Shown: positions 36,633 to 51,343, numbered from the stretch's first letter. The stretch is 64,000 nucleotides of DNA from Octopus vulgaris (GCA_951406725.2 OX597820.1:29264001-29328000); one strand, 5' to 3'. Numbers and translations are program-made. The notes: generated from the sequence alone by a model not told the origin.

Positions 36633-36982
36633 CTGAAAACAGATTAAGATTCCATAATCATTGTCATGCACTCAGAAATGCAAAATGTGGATTGTCAGAA
36701 AGAAAAATACATACAAAAAAAATAACAAAAATACAAACAAAAAGACCAGTTTCCACTCTCAAACAGGATTCTTCACTCACATCTGCAATGTTGTTATTTT
36801 GAAAAAGTCTGCGTTAGGTGCAGGTGTGTCTGTGTGGTTAGCAGTTTGTTTCCCAACCTCGTGGTTCCAGGTTCAGTCCTACTGTATGGTACCTTGGACA
36901 AATGTCTTCTACTATAGCCCTAGGCCAACAAAGCCTTGTGAGAGGATTTAGTAACCAGAAACTCAGTTTGTGTGTGCATGCA

Positions 36983-37019
<37 letters not shown>

Positions 37020-38606
37020 ATGCGTGTGTGTGTGTGTATGTTTGGGTTGGTTTCCTACAAACACTTATCAATCAGTGTTGGTTTGCTAACGTCCTCACAA
37101 CTTAGCAGATCGGCAAATGAAACCGATAGAATAAGTACCAGGTTTAAAATAAATAAATAAATAAATAAATAGATCGATAAATCCTGGGGTCGATTCGTTT
37201 CACTAAAACCATTCAAAGCAATGCTACAGCATGACCACAGTCGTGACTGAAACAAACAACAGGCAAAAGATAAAAGACAAATTGATTTTCATGGAGTTAT
37301 CTCCCTTGCTTCCTGCTGATTATTTTTTTAAAAACATCTACAGAGAACTTTTGCCTATACATAAATACATACACGTAATAGCAAAAATGGGCCGAGGTTC
37401 ACTACAGATGTTTCAGACGCATGTTTGATTGAGGCACAAATCAATTACATCATGAAGAGATAATAAGTATATTGATCTGTTCATGTACATGTAAGTGATA
37501 GGACAAGTTCGTATATACAGTTGATACACAAATATGCTGTTCTCGATCCTACCTCGGTATACTTTTTTTATTAAAATATCTTGACGCTATTGGATCCTAC
37601 AAATAATAATAATAATAATAATAACAATAATAATAATAACAACAACAATATATATGTGTGTGGGTGTATATATATATACGGAGTGGTTGGCGTTAGGAAG
37701 GGCATCCAGCCGTAGAAACACTGCCAGATTTGACTGGGCCTGATGAAGCCTTCTGGCTTCACAGACCCCAGTAGAACCGTCCAACCCATGCTAGCATGGA
37801 AAACGGACGCTAAACGATGATGATGATGATGATGATGTATATATGTATATATATATAAAGTTAATCCAAACAAGAAAGCACAAAAACACAACAACGCGAG
37901 GACATGGAACAAATATAGTATTATTGGACGCTCAGGAAAGAAGGGGGGTTTAACGTTTCGAGCGCGGAGCTCTTCGTCGGAAACATAAGAGAAGGAAAGA
38001 TCCAGAGAAGGGAAGACAGAGGAAAAAAAAAAATATATGGTGGTGCTATTAAGTTAGACATGGCCTGGGCCAATAATGGCCGAAACCTATCAAAGTATCA
38101 AAGTATATATATATATTTATATATATATATACACACACACACATACATACCCACATGCATATTTATACATATATACACACATACATATCCACATGCATAT
38201 TTATACATATATACACACATATAAATATGCATGGCTGTGTTGCAAGAAGCTTGGTCCCCAATCACATGGTTCCAGGTTTAGACCCCACTGTGTGACACTT
38301 TGGTGTCATCTACTAAAGCCTTATGAGCAGATTTGGTAAACAGAAACTGAAAGAAGCCTGTTGTATATATAAGTATTTATCTATATGTATGTGTCTGTTT
38401 TTGTCTTCCCATCACCTCTTGACAACCGGTGTTGGTGTGTTTACATCCCAGTAACTTGGTGGTTCAGCAAAAGAAACTAAAAGAATGAGCACTAATCTTA
38501 AAAGAAATAACTCCTGGGGTAGATTTGTTCAACTAAAACCCCTCAAAGTGGTGCTCCAACATGGCCACTGTCAAATGACTGAAACAAGTAAAAGAATATA
38601 TACATA

Positions 38607-38769
38607 GGTGCAGGAGTGGCTGTGTGGTAAGTAGCTTACTAACCAACCACATGGTTCCGGGTTCGGTCCCACTGCATGGCATCTTGGGCAAGTGTCTTCT
38701 GCTATAGCTCTGGGCCGACCAATGCCTTGTGAGTGGATTTGGTAGACGGAAACTGAAAGAAGCCTGTCG

Positions 38770-38836
<67 letters not shown>

Positions 38837-39015
38837 CTGTGTTTGTCCCCCTAGCATTGCTTGACAATCGATGCTGGTGTGTTTACGTCCCCGTCACTTA
38901 GCGGTTCAGCAAAAGAGACCGATAGAATAAGTACAGGGCTTACAAAGAATGAGTCCCGGGTCGATTTGCTCGACTAAAGACGGTGCTCCAGCATGGCCGC
39001 AGTCAAATGACTGAA
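38607..39015 (+). mobile_element. tRNA-derived SINE family A (CORE-like segment, internal (TA)/(TG) microsatellite)
   Basis: A-box-like TGGCTGTGTGG, B-box-like GGTTCGGTCCC, segment CTTGGGCAAGTGTCTT; more than 12 copies in the window. Confidence 0.85.
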
Positions 39016-39294
39016 TACACACAAATACACACATGCAAAATACATGCCATCATCATCATCAATGTCTTAATGTATAATTTTCCATGCATGAATGGGTCAG
39101 ACAGGAAACACTTTCTAAGGCCAATGCCCTTCCCATCACTAACCTTCACCTGTTTCCAAGTAAAGTAACATTCCTCATCCCCTGGCCAGATAATTTTTCA
39201 TAAAAGATTGGAAGCGAAGGACACTGCTACTATGATGGTAATACTTGTTTACATCAAGACAGGAAAATACACACACATGCATATGTACATATTC

Positions 39295-39663
39295 TTTTAC
39301 TTTTTTCTTTTGTTTCAGTCATTTGACTGTGGTTATGCTGGACACCGCATTTAGTCAAACTCAGGACGTATTATTTGTAAACCTAGTACTAATTCTAGCG
39401 GTCTCTTTTGCCAAACCGCTAAGTTATGGGGACATAAACACACCAACATCGGTTGTCAAGCGATGGTGAGAGGACAAACACAGACACACAAATATATATA
39501 TATGACAGGCTTCTTTCAGTTTCCGTCTACTAAATTCACTCACAAGGCTTTGGTGGGCCCGAGGCTACAGTAGAAGATACTTGCCCAAGGTACCATGCAG
39601 TGGGACTGAACCCAGAATCATACAGTTGGGAAGCAAGCTTCTTAACACAGACACGCCTGCACC
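39295..39663 (-). mobile_element. SINE family A
   Basis: Reverse-complement match to family A. Confidence 0.8.
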
Positions 39664-40011
39664 TATTTATATAAGATCATAATCAATTTAAAGTTTATTC
39701 TTCCATAGGTCAGATAAGTGTAAGTTGAAGAAAAAATTTTTGCAGCCATAAGCCATTCCTGTTGCCAGGTGCCACTTGTTGCTAAGCTAATAATCTCCCC
39801 ATGTATTGAACAAAAAACAATACAAACATGTTTTGTGAGGAGAACTGGAAGTACATGAAGCCATATAAATCAACCTTTTGTTTACAGATATTACGCAGAA
39901 GACCAGACATGCTTTCATGGTAGACTGCAAGCAACAACACTGTCAGAAAGGCATTGTTCACAAACCAGTGAACACAAGAGGCATACTTTCTCATTTACAC
40001 ACTCACACATT

Positions 40012-40230
40012 CAAGCAGGTGATGATAAGTTCCTGGCTTTGGGTAAAAGAAAATACAGGAGTATCAGTCAATTATGATTTTATTCAACATATTGCCCTCT
40101 CAGATTCACACACTTATTGCAATGGTCCTTCGGTTTTTTTCTAAACCTTGTAAAAGAATTCAGAAGGTTGGGCCTCCAACCAGACCTTTCACGATACAGT
40201 TAAAACCAGGAACTCTTCACCAACACCTCA
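40012..40230. mobile_element. Decayed mariner-like MITE
   Basis: Degenerate inverted ends around AGTTCCTGGCTTT / AAAACCAGGAACT. Confidence 0.5.
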
Positions 40231-41034
40231 TAGACAGACAGACAGATATAGATATACATACATATGCATGCGCACACACACACACACTCATATACACACA
40301 TATATATAAAAACATATAGGCATACACTTATATGCATACATACATTCATACATACATACATACAGACATATGTACAAAATGTAAAATGTCTCAGTCCCCA
40401 TAACAGTTAAAAAAAATAGAGTCAGAAGATGCAAACTTTAGACTTGATGGTTCAGCACATTAATCTGAACTAGAAAACCTTTCAGAGATTGCATGACTAA
40501 CAAGAAATAGTAGCAAAATCTCCAACAAAATATAAACTTTTCTTTTACTCATTTACAACTATTATGCAATAATAAGACTAGGAGACACATACAAACTAAG
40601 GTGTACACATGTACATATGTATGTACAAGAAAGCAGTGCCATTAGTCCTTGCAGGCCCACAAAGACAAGTGGCACTGATGCCATTAATATCTACATTTAA
40701 CTGATGTAATATGACACCAGTAGAAAAGACATAAGCAAAGAAGAGATTCCAGAGGGTAATGTTCTGGGGAGGAAGGCCTGGGTAGCAATTAGTGCTGGTT
40801 CCACAGAGGTTGAACCAAGAGTGATGATGAAGAGAAGAGATGACAAGTGACACTACCAAAGGACATGTAGGACACCAAGGTTCTAAGTGCACTGTTCCTA
40901 CAAAAGGAAAAAAATAAAGACATGATGGTCACAGATGGAATGCTTCTGATCATAGATCCACTTGATCAGAATTAAATTGGGACTATGCAACAATATCACA
41001 GCTATGCCACTATGTCTCTCAACTAAAAAATATA

Positions 41035-41193
41035 CAGGAGTGGCTGTGTGGTAAGTAGCTTGCTTACCAAGCACATGGTTCCGGGTTCAGTCCCACTGCA
41101 TGGCACCTTGGGCAAGTGTCTTCTACTATAGCCTCAGGCCGACCAAGGCCTTGTAAGTGGATTTGGTAGACAGAAACTGAAAGAAGCCCGTTG

Positions 41194-41238
<45 letters not shown>

Positions 41239-41415
41239 GTGTGTGTTTGTGTGTCTGTGTTAGTGCCCCCAACATTGCTTGACAACCAATGTGACTAATA
41301 GAATAAGTACTAGGCTTACAAAGAATAAGTGCTGGGGTCGATTTGCTCGACTAAAGGCGGTGCTCCAGCATGACCACAGTCAAATGACTGAAACAAGTAA
41401 TAGAGTAAAAAGAGT
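41035..41415 (+). mobile_element. SINE family A
   Basis: Match to family A with an internal deletion. Confidence 0.82.
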
Positions 41416-42056
41416 ATCTATATGAACAGATGTTGACAACACTCAAGATAGCAGCTACATCAATTAACTGTTAATGCTATTATCAATTACATTCACCAGT
41501 TGACTATATCGAAAAGCACAGCTGCTGGCAATAATGACTTAGAATATCTAGTATCATTTGAGTGAACATATTCACTTTTACAGCTTCTGGTTATACATTT
41601 ATCATCATCATCATCGTCATCGTTTAATGTCCGTATTTCCATGCTGGCAGGGGCTGGACAGTTTAACTGGGGTCTAGCAAGCCAGGAGAGTGCACCAGGC
41701 TCCAATCTGATCTGGCAGCGTTTCTACAGCTGGATGCCCTTCCTAACGCCAACCACTCTGAGAGTGTAGTGGGTGCTTTTTACGTGCTACTGGCACAGGA
41801 GCCAGATAGGGCGAGGGGTGGCTGGCTGGCATTGATCACATTCAGATTGATGCCAGACACCCCATGCCCCTTCTGGCTCCTGTGCCGGTGGCACATAAAA
41901 AGCATCCACTATACTCTCAGAGTGGTTGGCATTAGGAAGGGCATCCAGCTGTAGAAACCCTGGTAGATAAGTTATGTTAGTTATTAACATTTAATAATTA
42001 CTAACTGTAAACTCTGTTGTCTAAGTATTAATTCCTATCAAATCTACGCATACATA

Positions 42057-42460
42057 GGCACAGGAGTGGCTGTGTGGTAAGTAGCTTGCTTACCAACCAC
42101 ATGGTTCCGGGTTCAGTCCCACTGCGTGGCACCTTGGGCAAGTGTCTTCTGCTATAGCCCCGGGCCGACCAATGCCTTGTGAGTGGATTTGATAGACGGA
42201 AACTGAAAGAAGCCCATTGTATATATGTATATATATATATGCGTGTGCGTGTATATTTGTGTGTCTGTGTTTGCCCCCCTAGCATTGCTTGACAACCGAT
42301 GCTGGTGTGTTTACGTCCCCGTTACTTAGCAGTTCGGCAAAAGAGACTGATAGAATAAGTACTGGGCTTACAAAAGAATAAGTACCGGGATCGAGTTGCT
42401 CGATTAAAGGCGGTGCTCCAGCATGGCCGCAGCCAAATGACTGAAACAAGTAAAAGAGTA
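42057..42460 (+). mobile_element. SINE family A, followed by an older copy to about 42830
   Basis: Full-length match. Confidence 0.85.
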
Positions 42461-43701
42461 AGACACATGCAGGCATGGCTGTGTGGTTCCAGGTTCAATC
42501 CCACTGTGTGGGACCTTAGGCAAGTGTCTTCTACTATAGCCTTGAGCCGACCAAAGCCTTTTGAGTGGATTTGGTTAGCAGAAATTGAAAGAAGCCCATC
42601 ACATGTGTATACATATGTGTGTGTGTATGTCTGTGTTTGTCCGCCCACCCACTGCTTGACATGTGTTGGTGCGTTTACTTCCATGTATGGTAGTAGCTCA
42701 GCAAAAAAAAAACGATAGAATAAGTACCAGTACTTTTTAAAAATAAGTACTGTAGTCGATTCATTTGACAAAAATTCTTCAAGGCAGTGTCCCAGCATGG
42801 CCACAGTCTAATGACTGAAACAAGTAAAAGACAAGCGATAAAAATTACTCACACCTGCTGGTCAATGGGTTAAACCAAAGCACAGGGAGGGGATATGAAA
42901 ACTCATAAACAAAAATAACAAGAACTGCTTGCATCAGGAAGAACATCAAGCCACAGAAACCATGCCAAACAAGGCAGTGGAGCACAAAGTAGCCTTTGGT
43001 CCCACTGGATCCTGTTGCCCCAGCATGGAATATGGACATTAAATGTAAAAAAAAAAAAAAAGGTAAAGTTACCTTCTTCAGTCATGCCGACTTATAAGGG
43101 CTGGTTTCCCCAGTTTCATGGTGTATATATTGCCAACCTAGTCGTGATGCCAGTCCATCGTAGGATTACTCATTTTTGCCAGCTGGGTGCACTGGAACAA
43201 TGTGAAATGAAGTGCCTTGCTCAAGAACACAATGTGTTGCCTGGTCCAGGAATCAAAACCACAATCTTATGACCATGAATCCAACACCCTAACCACTAAG
43301 CCACAAACCTCCACCATTAAATAATGATGATGATGATATATATATATACACATATGTATGTATGTATATGTATACATACAAGCTTCTTTTCAGGTTCCGT
43401 CCACAAAATGCACACACAGAGCTTTGGTCAGACCTGAGATATAGTAAAAGACACTTGACCAAGGTGCCATGCAGTGGGATTGAACCTGAAACCATACAGC
43501 TAGATGGCAAACTTACAAATCATGCAATCATACCAGCACCTTTTAGTGGTGTGTGTGCGTGCATGCACACGTGTATGAGTGTACATCAGTTGGCTAATGA
43601 TGATGATGATGGTCATGTGTGGAACACTTTTAACCGTAAGTCTTTGAAGTCTGACATGATGCTAAACAATAGCAGCTACAACAACAACAACAACAACTTA
43701 C

Positions 43702-43820
43702 CTAAATATTGTCATGGTGGCATAAGGGCAGCATTCCATAAAAGATTCATCCACAAAGACTTGTTTGTAGCATGAATATGGAAATCTACTAGACATCAAT
43801 TCTTCAAAAAATTCAAAAGC
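43702..43820 (-). CDS. TAF2: TAF2 exon 9
   Basis: AFEFFEELMSSRFPYSCYKQVFVDESFMECCPYATMTIF. Confidence 0.94.
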
Positions 43821-44393
43821 CTGTGACGAAAATAAATGGTTTACAATCAGATTTGTAATTATGACCCACCTTAACTTACCCACCTGCCTATTCTGATTTT
43901 CTGTAACTATTCTCTCTTCTATTTATCTTATAAATCATCGCTACCTTTTTTCTTTCTACATTTTTGCAGATACTCCCACCCTTGTCATTATTACGTCGAT
44001 GTTTATAAATTAACATAAATTAATCCTTTTGCATTCAGATTTCTCAGTATAAGATATATATAATACTTATCGATTCACATTGTTTTGAATTAATCGAACA
44101 TTATCTCATAACTGTGATTTCTTATATTTAGAATGACGTTGTAGGGTATGTGAAAGAGGCTGGATCTGGTTGCATGAAACATAAAACAGGAAGAGTATTT
44201 GGGCCTGATATAGCCAGTTTAAATGCTAAAGAGTTAACATGTAACTTGATGGAAAATTTTAATTTAGATTACCTTAGAATAGGAAGTTTGCATCATAAAC
44301 CCAAAGGCAGTCCCAGACAAGTTGATGCCAAAAGAGTAAAAGGATAATAAAAAGAGGATTTTAAAAAAATTAAGAATTATTTAATCAACTTAC

Positions 44394-44496
44394 TTCGTGA
44401 ATAAAGGCTGTTGTGTTCTTCATAATGGTACGTAAATGTGGAAGACAGAAGTGGGTAACTTCATGCATATTGGGATCAACTAGAATTTCAAAAGGT
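44394..44496 (-). CDS. TAF2: TAF2 exon 8
   Basis: [34 protein letters not shown]. Confidence 0.94.
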
Positions 44497-45039
44497 CTGA
44501 AATAAGAGAATTTATTTGAGGTTCTTTAAAAAATTGTCAACAACATTAAAATGAAAGAAATTATGAAAAGGACAAACGAGAAAATTTTTCACAGTAAAGT
44601 TTCCATCTTGAAATAATTGATCATTGATTATTATTTTGTTTCATCTTAACACTTTTGATACCAACCCCAAGTTTGAGACTGCTTTTGGCTCATTGATACA
44701 AAATTATGATCCAAACACCAACTTAATAATGACAAAATTATTTCACTAAATTCATTATTTTCTAGATCAACTGAAACAAAAGAAGTGTATTTCAACAGAA
44801 ATATGGTAACAAAGGGGGCCGACCATGAAGTTTATATCAAACAACTCCTATTTCAAATTGAGGTTAAAATCTGTACAACTTTGTACCATGCACAAGTCTG
44901 CCTTGTTTAAGTAGATCTCAAGTAGCTAGGAAACCAATCAATCAAAAAAATCCTTGAATCAGCCATAGTCATTTTGTCTTTATTGTGCACATGCATTGTG
45001 CACATTCAGGATTTCAAACATAAGAGAGTAAATATTTTA

Positions 45040-45268
45040 TTCTTTATTGCCCATAAGGGGCTAAACATAGAGGGGACAAACAAGGACAGAGAAAGGAATT
45101 GAGTCAATTACATCGACCCCAGTGCACAACTGGTACTTAATTTATCAACCCCGAAAGGATGAAAGGTAAAGTCGACCTCGGCGGAATTAGAACTCAGAAC
45201 GTAACGGCAGAGGAAATACCGCTAAGCATCTCGCCCGGCGTACTAACATTTCTGCCAGCTCGCTGCCA
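45040..45268 (-). mobile_element. SINE family B
   Basis: Reverse complement of the 11403 copy. Confidence 0.8.
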
Positions 45269-47056
45269 TAAGTAAATAAGAGAGTAAATATTAATTTCAA
45301 ATTCCCACACAAAGCCAGCAATTTTGAAGGGAGTGGCAAGTCAATTACATCGACTCCAGTGCTCAACTGGCACTTAAAATGAAGGGCAAAGTTGACCACA
45401 GCAGAACTTGAACTTAGAATCATGATGACAGACAGAATGGCGCCAAGCATTTTCCTCAGTGTTCTAATGATTCTGCCAGCTCACTGCCTTAAGCAGAGCA
45501 AATATTAGGAGTTTGTGGACATAACTTTAACTGGTATATATTGGGCTAGTCATCATGTGAAAATGATGAGAATTAACCCTTTCATTTCCATATTTGTATT
45601 GAAATACACGGCCCTTTGTTTTAATTAATTTTGTAAAAATGATGAAGAATTTAGTAAAATAACTTTGTAATTATTAAGTTGGTGTTTGAAATAAATTAAC
45701 ATGAAATTTTACAGGAAGTTTTCTTTGATTTAGCTCACTTTTAACCCTTTAGTGTTCAGATTACTCTGTTAAATGTAATATTTTTTCACTCAAATTGTTT
45801 TTAATTAATCCTGCATTATCTTATAGCTTTGAGGTTTCAGTGATGTGATTGTTTATTTTTAGAATGTCAATGTAGATTAGGTGTGAGTGGCCAGATATCA
45901 CCAGTTTGAATATAAAACATATAGAATATTTGGGCCAGATATGGCCGGTTTAAACAAGAAGTTTGCACAGTTCTATATATAAGAGATGAGGAATTATGTA
46001 CATTATTTACATTTGGTGGATATTTGTCCTCATCTTGTGTTAACAACAAACAAGATGAGGACAAATATCTGTCAATTGTAAATAATGTAAGAAGTTTGCA
46101 TCACAGAATCAAGGGTGGTGTCAGCTGAGTAAGTATCAAAAAGGTTAAAATAAGAAGTTTGTATTGTCGGATGAAGGGCAGACATAGATGGGTTGGTATC
46201 AAAAGGGTTAATTGTGATGATAATTATGATGCTGCTGCTACTGAGAAAAACAAGATCAGATATCAGTTTTCAGCTGCCCATCTTGTTTATACCATTCCGG
46301 AAGAGACTCTGGCACAACTGTATTACAGATAAGTTCATCCCATGATAACTAAACCAATGAAGGCCCCATTTCAACAAAGGGTTGTTCAAGAGAATCAACT
46401 AAATAATAATGATGAATTTCAGAATGATACAAAATCTAAAACATAAACACGGAGGATTCAGCAAAGGTATATAACTGGTCAAACACTTGCAGTTTGCCAA
46501 AGTCCATCATTCTTGTTAGCCATATTACACAGCCATAAAACAAAATAGTGTGGACAAGCATTCAGAAGACATGAATTTTTGTGGCTATGGCTGTGTTGAT
46601 CTCCAGCTAAGATCAAAACCAGCTTAAAAAATGACAGAATACAGCATGTACCCTGTTGATGCAGACATCTATCTTATCTTTGCTTTGGCCTGTAGTAATG
46701 AAAGTGGGACTAAGGTACTTGAATTGGTCAACTTACAAAATCTCACCACTAACATGGTATTCTTTCAAAGAGTGAGACGCCAGCATGTAAACCTGTGATG
46801 TGTACACGCCATAATCTTCAACAGTTGCTTGGACATTAATGCCTTAGTGACAGTCTTACTTCTTTCCTTTTCCCATGGACCATCAAGCGATGAGAGATTT
46901 CCACCCATCATGGTTACAAGACCTATGATGAGTCTATTCCCAGGCTTGGCCCGTATCTACCAGGCTTTCTTCCATAGTACTCAACCAAAATTTGACCAGA
47001 CATTGATGAAGTGGCCAGCATTTATTGCACAAGAAGTGTACCTCTTCCAGCTGAAT

Positions 47057-47342
47057 ATCATCATCATCATCATCGTTTAACGTCTGCTTTCCATGCTAGC
47101 ATGGGTCGGATGATTTGACTGAGGGCTGGCGAACCAGATGGCTGCACAAGGCTCCAATCTTGATCTGGCAGAGTTTCTACAGCTGGATGCCCTTCCTAAT
47201 GCCAACCACTCTGAGAGTGTAGTGGGTGCTTTTACATGCCACCAGCACGGGGGCCAGTCAGGCAGTACTGGCAACGACTTTGCTCGAATCTTTTTACACA
47301 TGTCACCAGCACAGGTGCTAGTAAGGCGACCACTGGTAACGA
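47057..47342 (-). mobile_element. RTE 3'-end fragment
   Basis: Same tail, reverse orientation. Confidence 0.78.
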
Positions 47343-47494
47343 TTGAGTAAAAGACCTAAGAATAGGGTAGGAATGTTTAAAGGCTTACAAATGAAATAAA
47401 CAAGATAGGGATGCCAAGAATCATGCAGTTAAATGTTGAAGTCTCACCAGTAGATAACACAGAAAATAAAAAAGAAAAGCATCCAATCACTTAC

Positions 47495-47689
47495 CCTACG
47501 GCCAGGGCTATATTTGGGGCAGAGGTAGGGGTTGACAAGAAATAATGGAAAGTTTTGTTCTTGCGATCACTTGTAGCCACAATTTCTATTAAGTCTCCGC
47601 AAGACACGGCAGTTAGAAGGCGATCAACAGTGAATTCCAGTTTCCAAGTACATGGTTCGCTATAGCTATCAATGCAGGGGAACCACAAT
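47495..47689 (-). CDS. TAF2: TAF2 exon 7
   Basis: [22 protein letters not shown]...[20 protein letters not shown]. Confidence 0.95.
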
Positions 47690-48824
47690 CTAAAAAACAG
47701 AAAATGGCAGGTGTCATTAAAATATTAGCAGGTTGTCAAGGGGCACAAAACAATTTCTAAAATTGGAATTGAATTAAGAATATATATAATTATAGGTGTG
47801 GGAATGGTTGTGTGGTTAAAAAACTTGCTTCCCAAACACATGGTTTCGGGTTCAATTATGCTGTGTAGAACCTTGGGCAAAACATACTAATATCCTAGGT
47901 CATGCATGTAATAACACACTAACACAATCCAACCATTGACCCCTCTCTCTCTCTCTGTTTTTCTTTACCTACTATAGTGACCACAATCCCTCAAAGGTGG
48001 TTAGTCTTGTGCTATCTCTACTCAAGTATTCCCAACTCACTCACCTCTCTATTCACTACTATTTTTAACATGTTAAAAGACCATGTACAGACATTTCTCA
48101 TTACTTTGTTAAGTGTAGACATAGAATAAATGTAACCTATATATCTGCTAGACATAGGTTACATCATCTTTTATCAATGAATGTTTTCCCCTTTACATTT
48201 TTAATTTTTGCTGTTTATATATATATATATATATATTTGAATTCAAATCTGAAAAGTCTACTAGAGTAGATGCAAGCGCTAATATATATGATTTATAAAA
48301 ACATGTGACATATTAATAAAAATCTGTAAATATAATACCTATCTATTTCTGAGTACCTTATTTCTTCTAATATATAATACCTGTACATCACCTCCAAACC
48401 TTCTAATATATATATGTGTGTATATATATATACACATATATGTCATCATCATCATCATCATTTAGCATCTGCTTTCCATGCTGGCATGGGTTGCCTGAAA
48501 CTAGTGAGTTGGAGAGTTGCACCAGGTTCCAATCTGATTTGGCATGGTTTCTACAGCTGGATGCCCTTCCTAATACCAACCACCCCAAGAGGGTAATGGG
48601 TGCTTTTTACGTGTCACTGGCATTGGTGTCAGTTACGTGACACTGGCATCTGCCACAACTACAACTTCGCTTGGCTTGACATGTCCTCTGAAGTACAGCA
48701 TAACACCAAAGATATGTATATCAATAAAGGTCTCAGTCACTTGTAGGTCTTGAGAAGCATGATGCAAATGTGTTGTTTGGTTTAATGTTTTCATTTCAGT
48801 TTTCTACATAATATATATATAATA

Positions 48825-49245
48825 GGAGTAGGAGTGGCTGTGTGGTAAGTAGCTTGCTTACGAACCACATCGTTCCGGGTTAAGTCCCACTGCGTGACAC
48901 CTTGGGCAAGTGTCTTCCACTATAGCCTCGGACCGACCAAAGCCTTGTGAGTGGATTTGGTAGATGGAAACTGAAAGAAGCCCGTCATATATATGTAAAT
49001 ATATAAGTATGCGTGTGTATTTGTTTATGTGTCTGTGTCCCCCCCCCCCAACATCGCTTGACAACCGATGCTGGTGTGTTTACGTCCCCGTAACTTAGCG
49101 GTTCAGCAAAAGAGACCGATAGAATAAGTACTAGGCTTCCAAAGAATAAGTCCTGGGGTAGATTTGTTCAACTAAAGGCAGTGCTCCAGCATGGCCTCAG
49201 TCACATCACTGAAACAAGTAAAAGTGTAAAAGAGAGTAAAGAGTA
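48825..49245 (+). mobile_element. SINE family A
   Basis: Full-length match with (GTAAAAGA)n-type tail. Confidence 0.85.
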
Positions 49246-49420
49246 AATCAATTGGACTTTTTCCAAAACACACAAGAATACAACAAAATAGGTACTACCA
49301 CCCATGATACCAAATATAGACTTGAATTGGTACCATTATCAACAAGCACTAATGCTAACAAGATATTTACTATTGCATACACAGATACACAAAAAAGAAA
49401 GACAAAGAAATTAAATTCAC

Positions 49421-49562
49421 CTTGAAGAATTCTCAGTACCATATGTAAACATGTGAGCTGCTTTTTCACCCAAATTTCCTTCCATTTCTGGAACCACAAA
49501 ATGGATACCAGCATCTGGTTTTTCTATGGAAAATTCTACACAAATTCGAATAGGTTTTAGCT
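49421..49562 (-). CDS. TAF2: TAF2 exon 6
   Basis: LKPIRICVEFSIEKPDAGIHFVVPEMEGNLGEKAAHMFTYGTENSS. Confidence 0.93.
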
Positions 49563-49614
49563 CTGAAAAAAAGAATAAAGCAAAACAATCACAAATATAG
49601 TTGAAAATAATACA

Positions 49615-50020
49615 GGTGTAGGAGTGACTGTGTGGTAAGTAGCTTGCTTACGAACCACATAGTTCCGGGTTCAATCCCACTGTGTGGAACCTTGGACAAG
49701 TGTCTTCTACTACAGCCTCAGGCCAATCAAAGCCTTGTGAATGGATTTGGTAGACGGAAACTGAAAGAAACCCATCGTATATATGTATATATATGTGTGT
49801 GTGTGTATTTTTGTGTGTCTGTGCTTGTCCCCCCCAACTACGCTTGACAACTGATGCTGGTGTGTTTACGTCCCCGTAACTTAGCAGTTCGGCAAAAGAG
49901 ACTGATAGAATAAGTACTAGGCTTACGAAGAATAAGTCCAGGGGTCGATTTGCTCGACTAAAGGCGGTGCTCCAGCATGGCTGCAGTCAAATGACTGAAA
50001 CAAGTAAAAGAGTAAAGAGT
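49615..50020 (+). mobile_element. SINE family A
   Basis: Full-length match. Confidence 0.85.
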
Positions 50021-51224
50021 TAAGAACATAATCACCATCTACTCTATCAAGAACCTGTTTCTGAAAAATTTGATCTCCCCACTGTAACCGCTCTGCCATT
50101 TATTCTTTCTCCTCTGTGTCTATGACTTTTTTCCCTCACTGTGTGAGTGTGCATGCATGCACACAGTATTCCTTTACTCATTGCCTGCTACTAAGCCTAG
50201 TGTATGCACTCATTCTGCACCTTTTACGTTAATTCTCTCTGTATCTCTCTTTTACTCTCTTTCCTTCTCCCAACTTCATCTATATGCTGTAAAGTATGAC
50301 TGAAGAAATCACCCAACCTTTACATCAGCTATATAGAGAGAGACAGTTTGAGAAAAATATAAATGCAAATGTTATTCTTGATAAATAAACATGACACATA
50401 AAAGCAACCCAGGCCGGTGATACATAAAAGGGAGCTATACTGGTGACAAATAAAGGCACTCATGATAGTGACATGTAAAAGGTACCCACTACACTCTTGG
50501 AGTGGTTGGCATTAGGAAGGGCATTCAGCTGTAAAAACTAATCTAAAATCAGACGAGCCTGGTACAGCTTTCCGGCTTGCCAGTTCCAGACGAACTGTCT
50601 AACCCATGGCAGCATGGAAAATGGACACTAAATGAAATAATGATGAAAGTGAGAGATAAATAAATGAAAGGGGTTTTGCCTACAAAATCTTTCTCACAGT
50701 CCAAAGCTATGGTCATCATTATCATCATTGTTTAACATCCGTTTTCCGTGCTACTGGGGTCTGGGAAGCCAGAAGGCTGCACCAGGCTCCAGTCTGATCT
50801 GGCAGTGTTTCTACAGCTGGATGCCCATACTATCGCCAACCACTCCATGAGTGTAGTGGGTGCTTTTTATGTGCCACTGGCACAGGTGCCAGGGGAGACT
50901 GGCAGCGGCCATGATCAGTTGGTGCTTTTTACATGCCACCAGCACGGAAGCCAGTCAAGGCGGTGCTGGCATCGGCCACGTTTGGATGGTGCTTTTTACA
51001 TGTCACCAGCACTGCTCAAGGGGTCACAGTGGGATTGAACCTGAACCCATGTAGTCATGAAGCCATGAAACAAACTTCCTAATCCCACAACCATTCCTGT
51101 TACCATGTCTGTTGTCTTAAGATTTAAGTCAATCAAGATGATGATGATGTGATATGGTGAAAGTGTAGTAGGAGTGTAAACAGCAATAAAGTGACTGAAA
51201 CTTTGTTACACTCTCATTACTAAC

Positions 51225-51343
51225 CTTGGACTAAATTCAGAGCTTCTGGTGGCAACTTGATAAGTATTTCACCATTTCCTGCGTCTGGGTCAATGGAATT
51301 CATCACAGACAAATGGCTTCGTTGGAAAAATTCCAAGTTTCTT
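51225..51343 (-). CDS. TAF2: TAF2 exon 5
   Basis: RNLEFFQRSHLSVMNSIDPDAGNGEILIKLPPEALNLVQ. Confidence 0.93.

Noticed and set aside
46450-47050. Coding-like composition in intron 7
   Set aside because: No intact frame and the TAF2 exon chain is complete without it; probably a very decayed LINE fragment that I cannot classify
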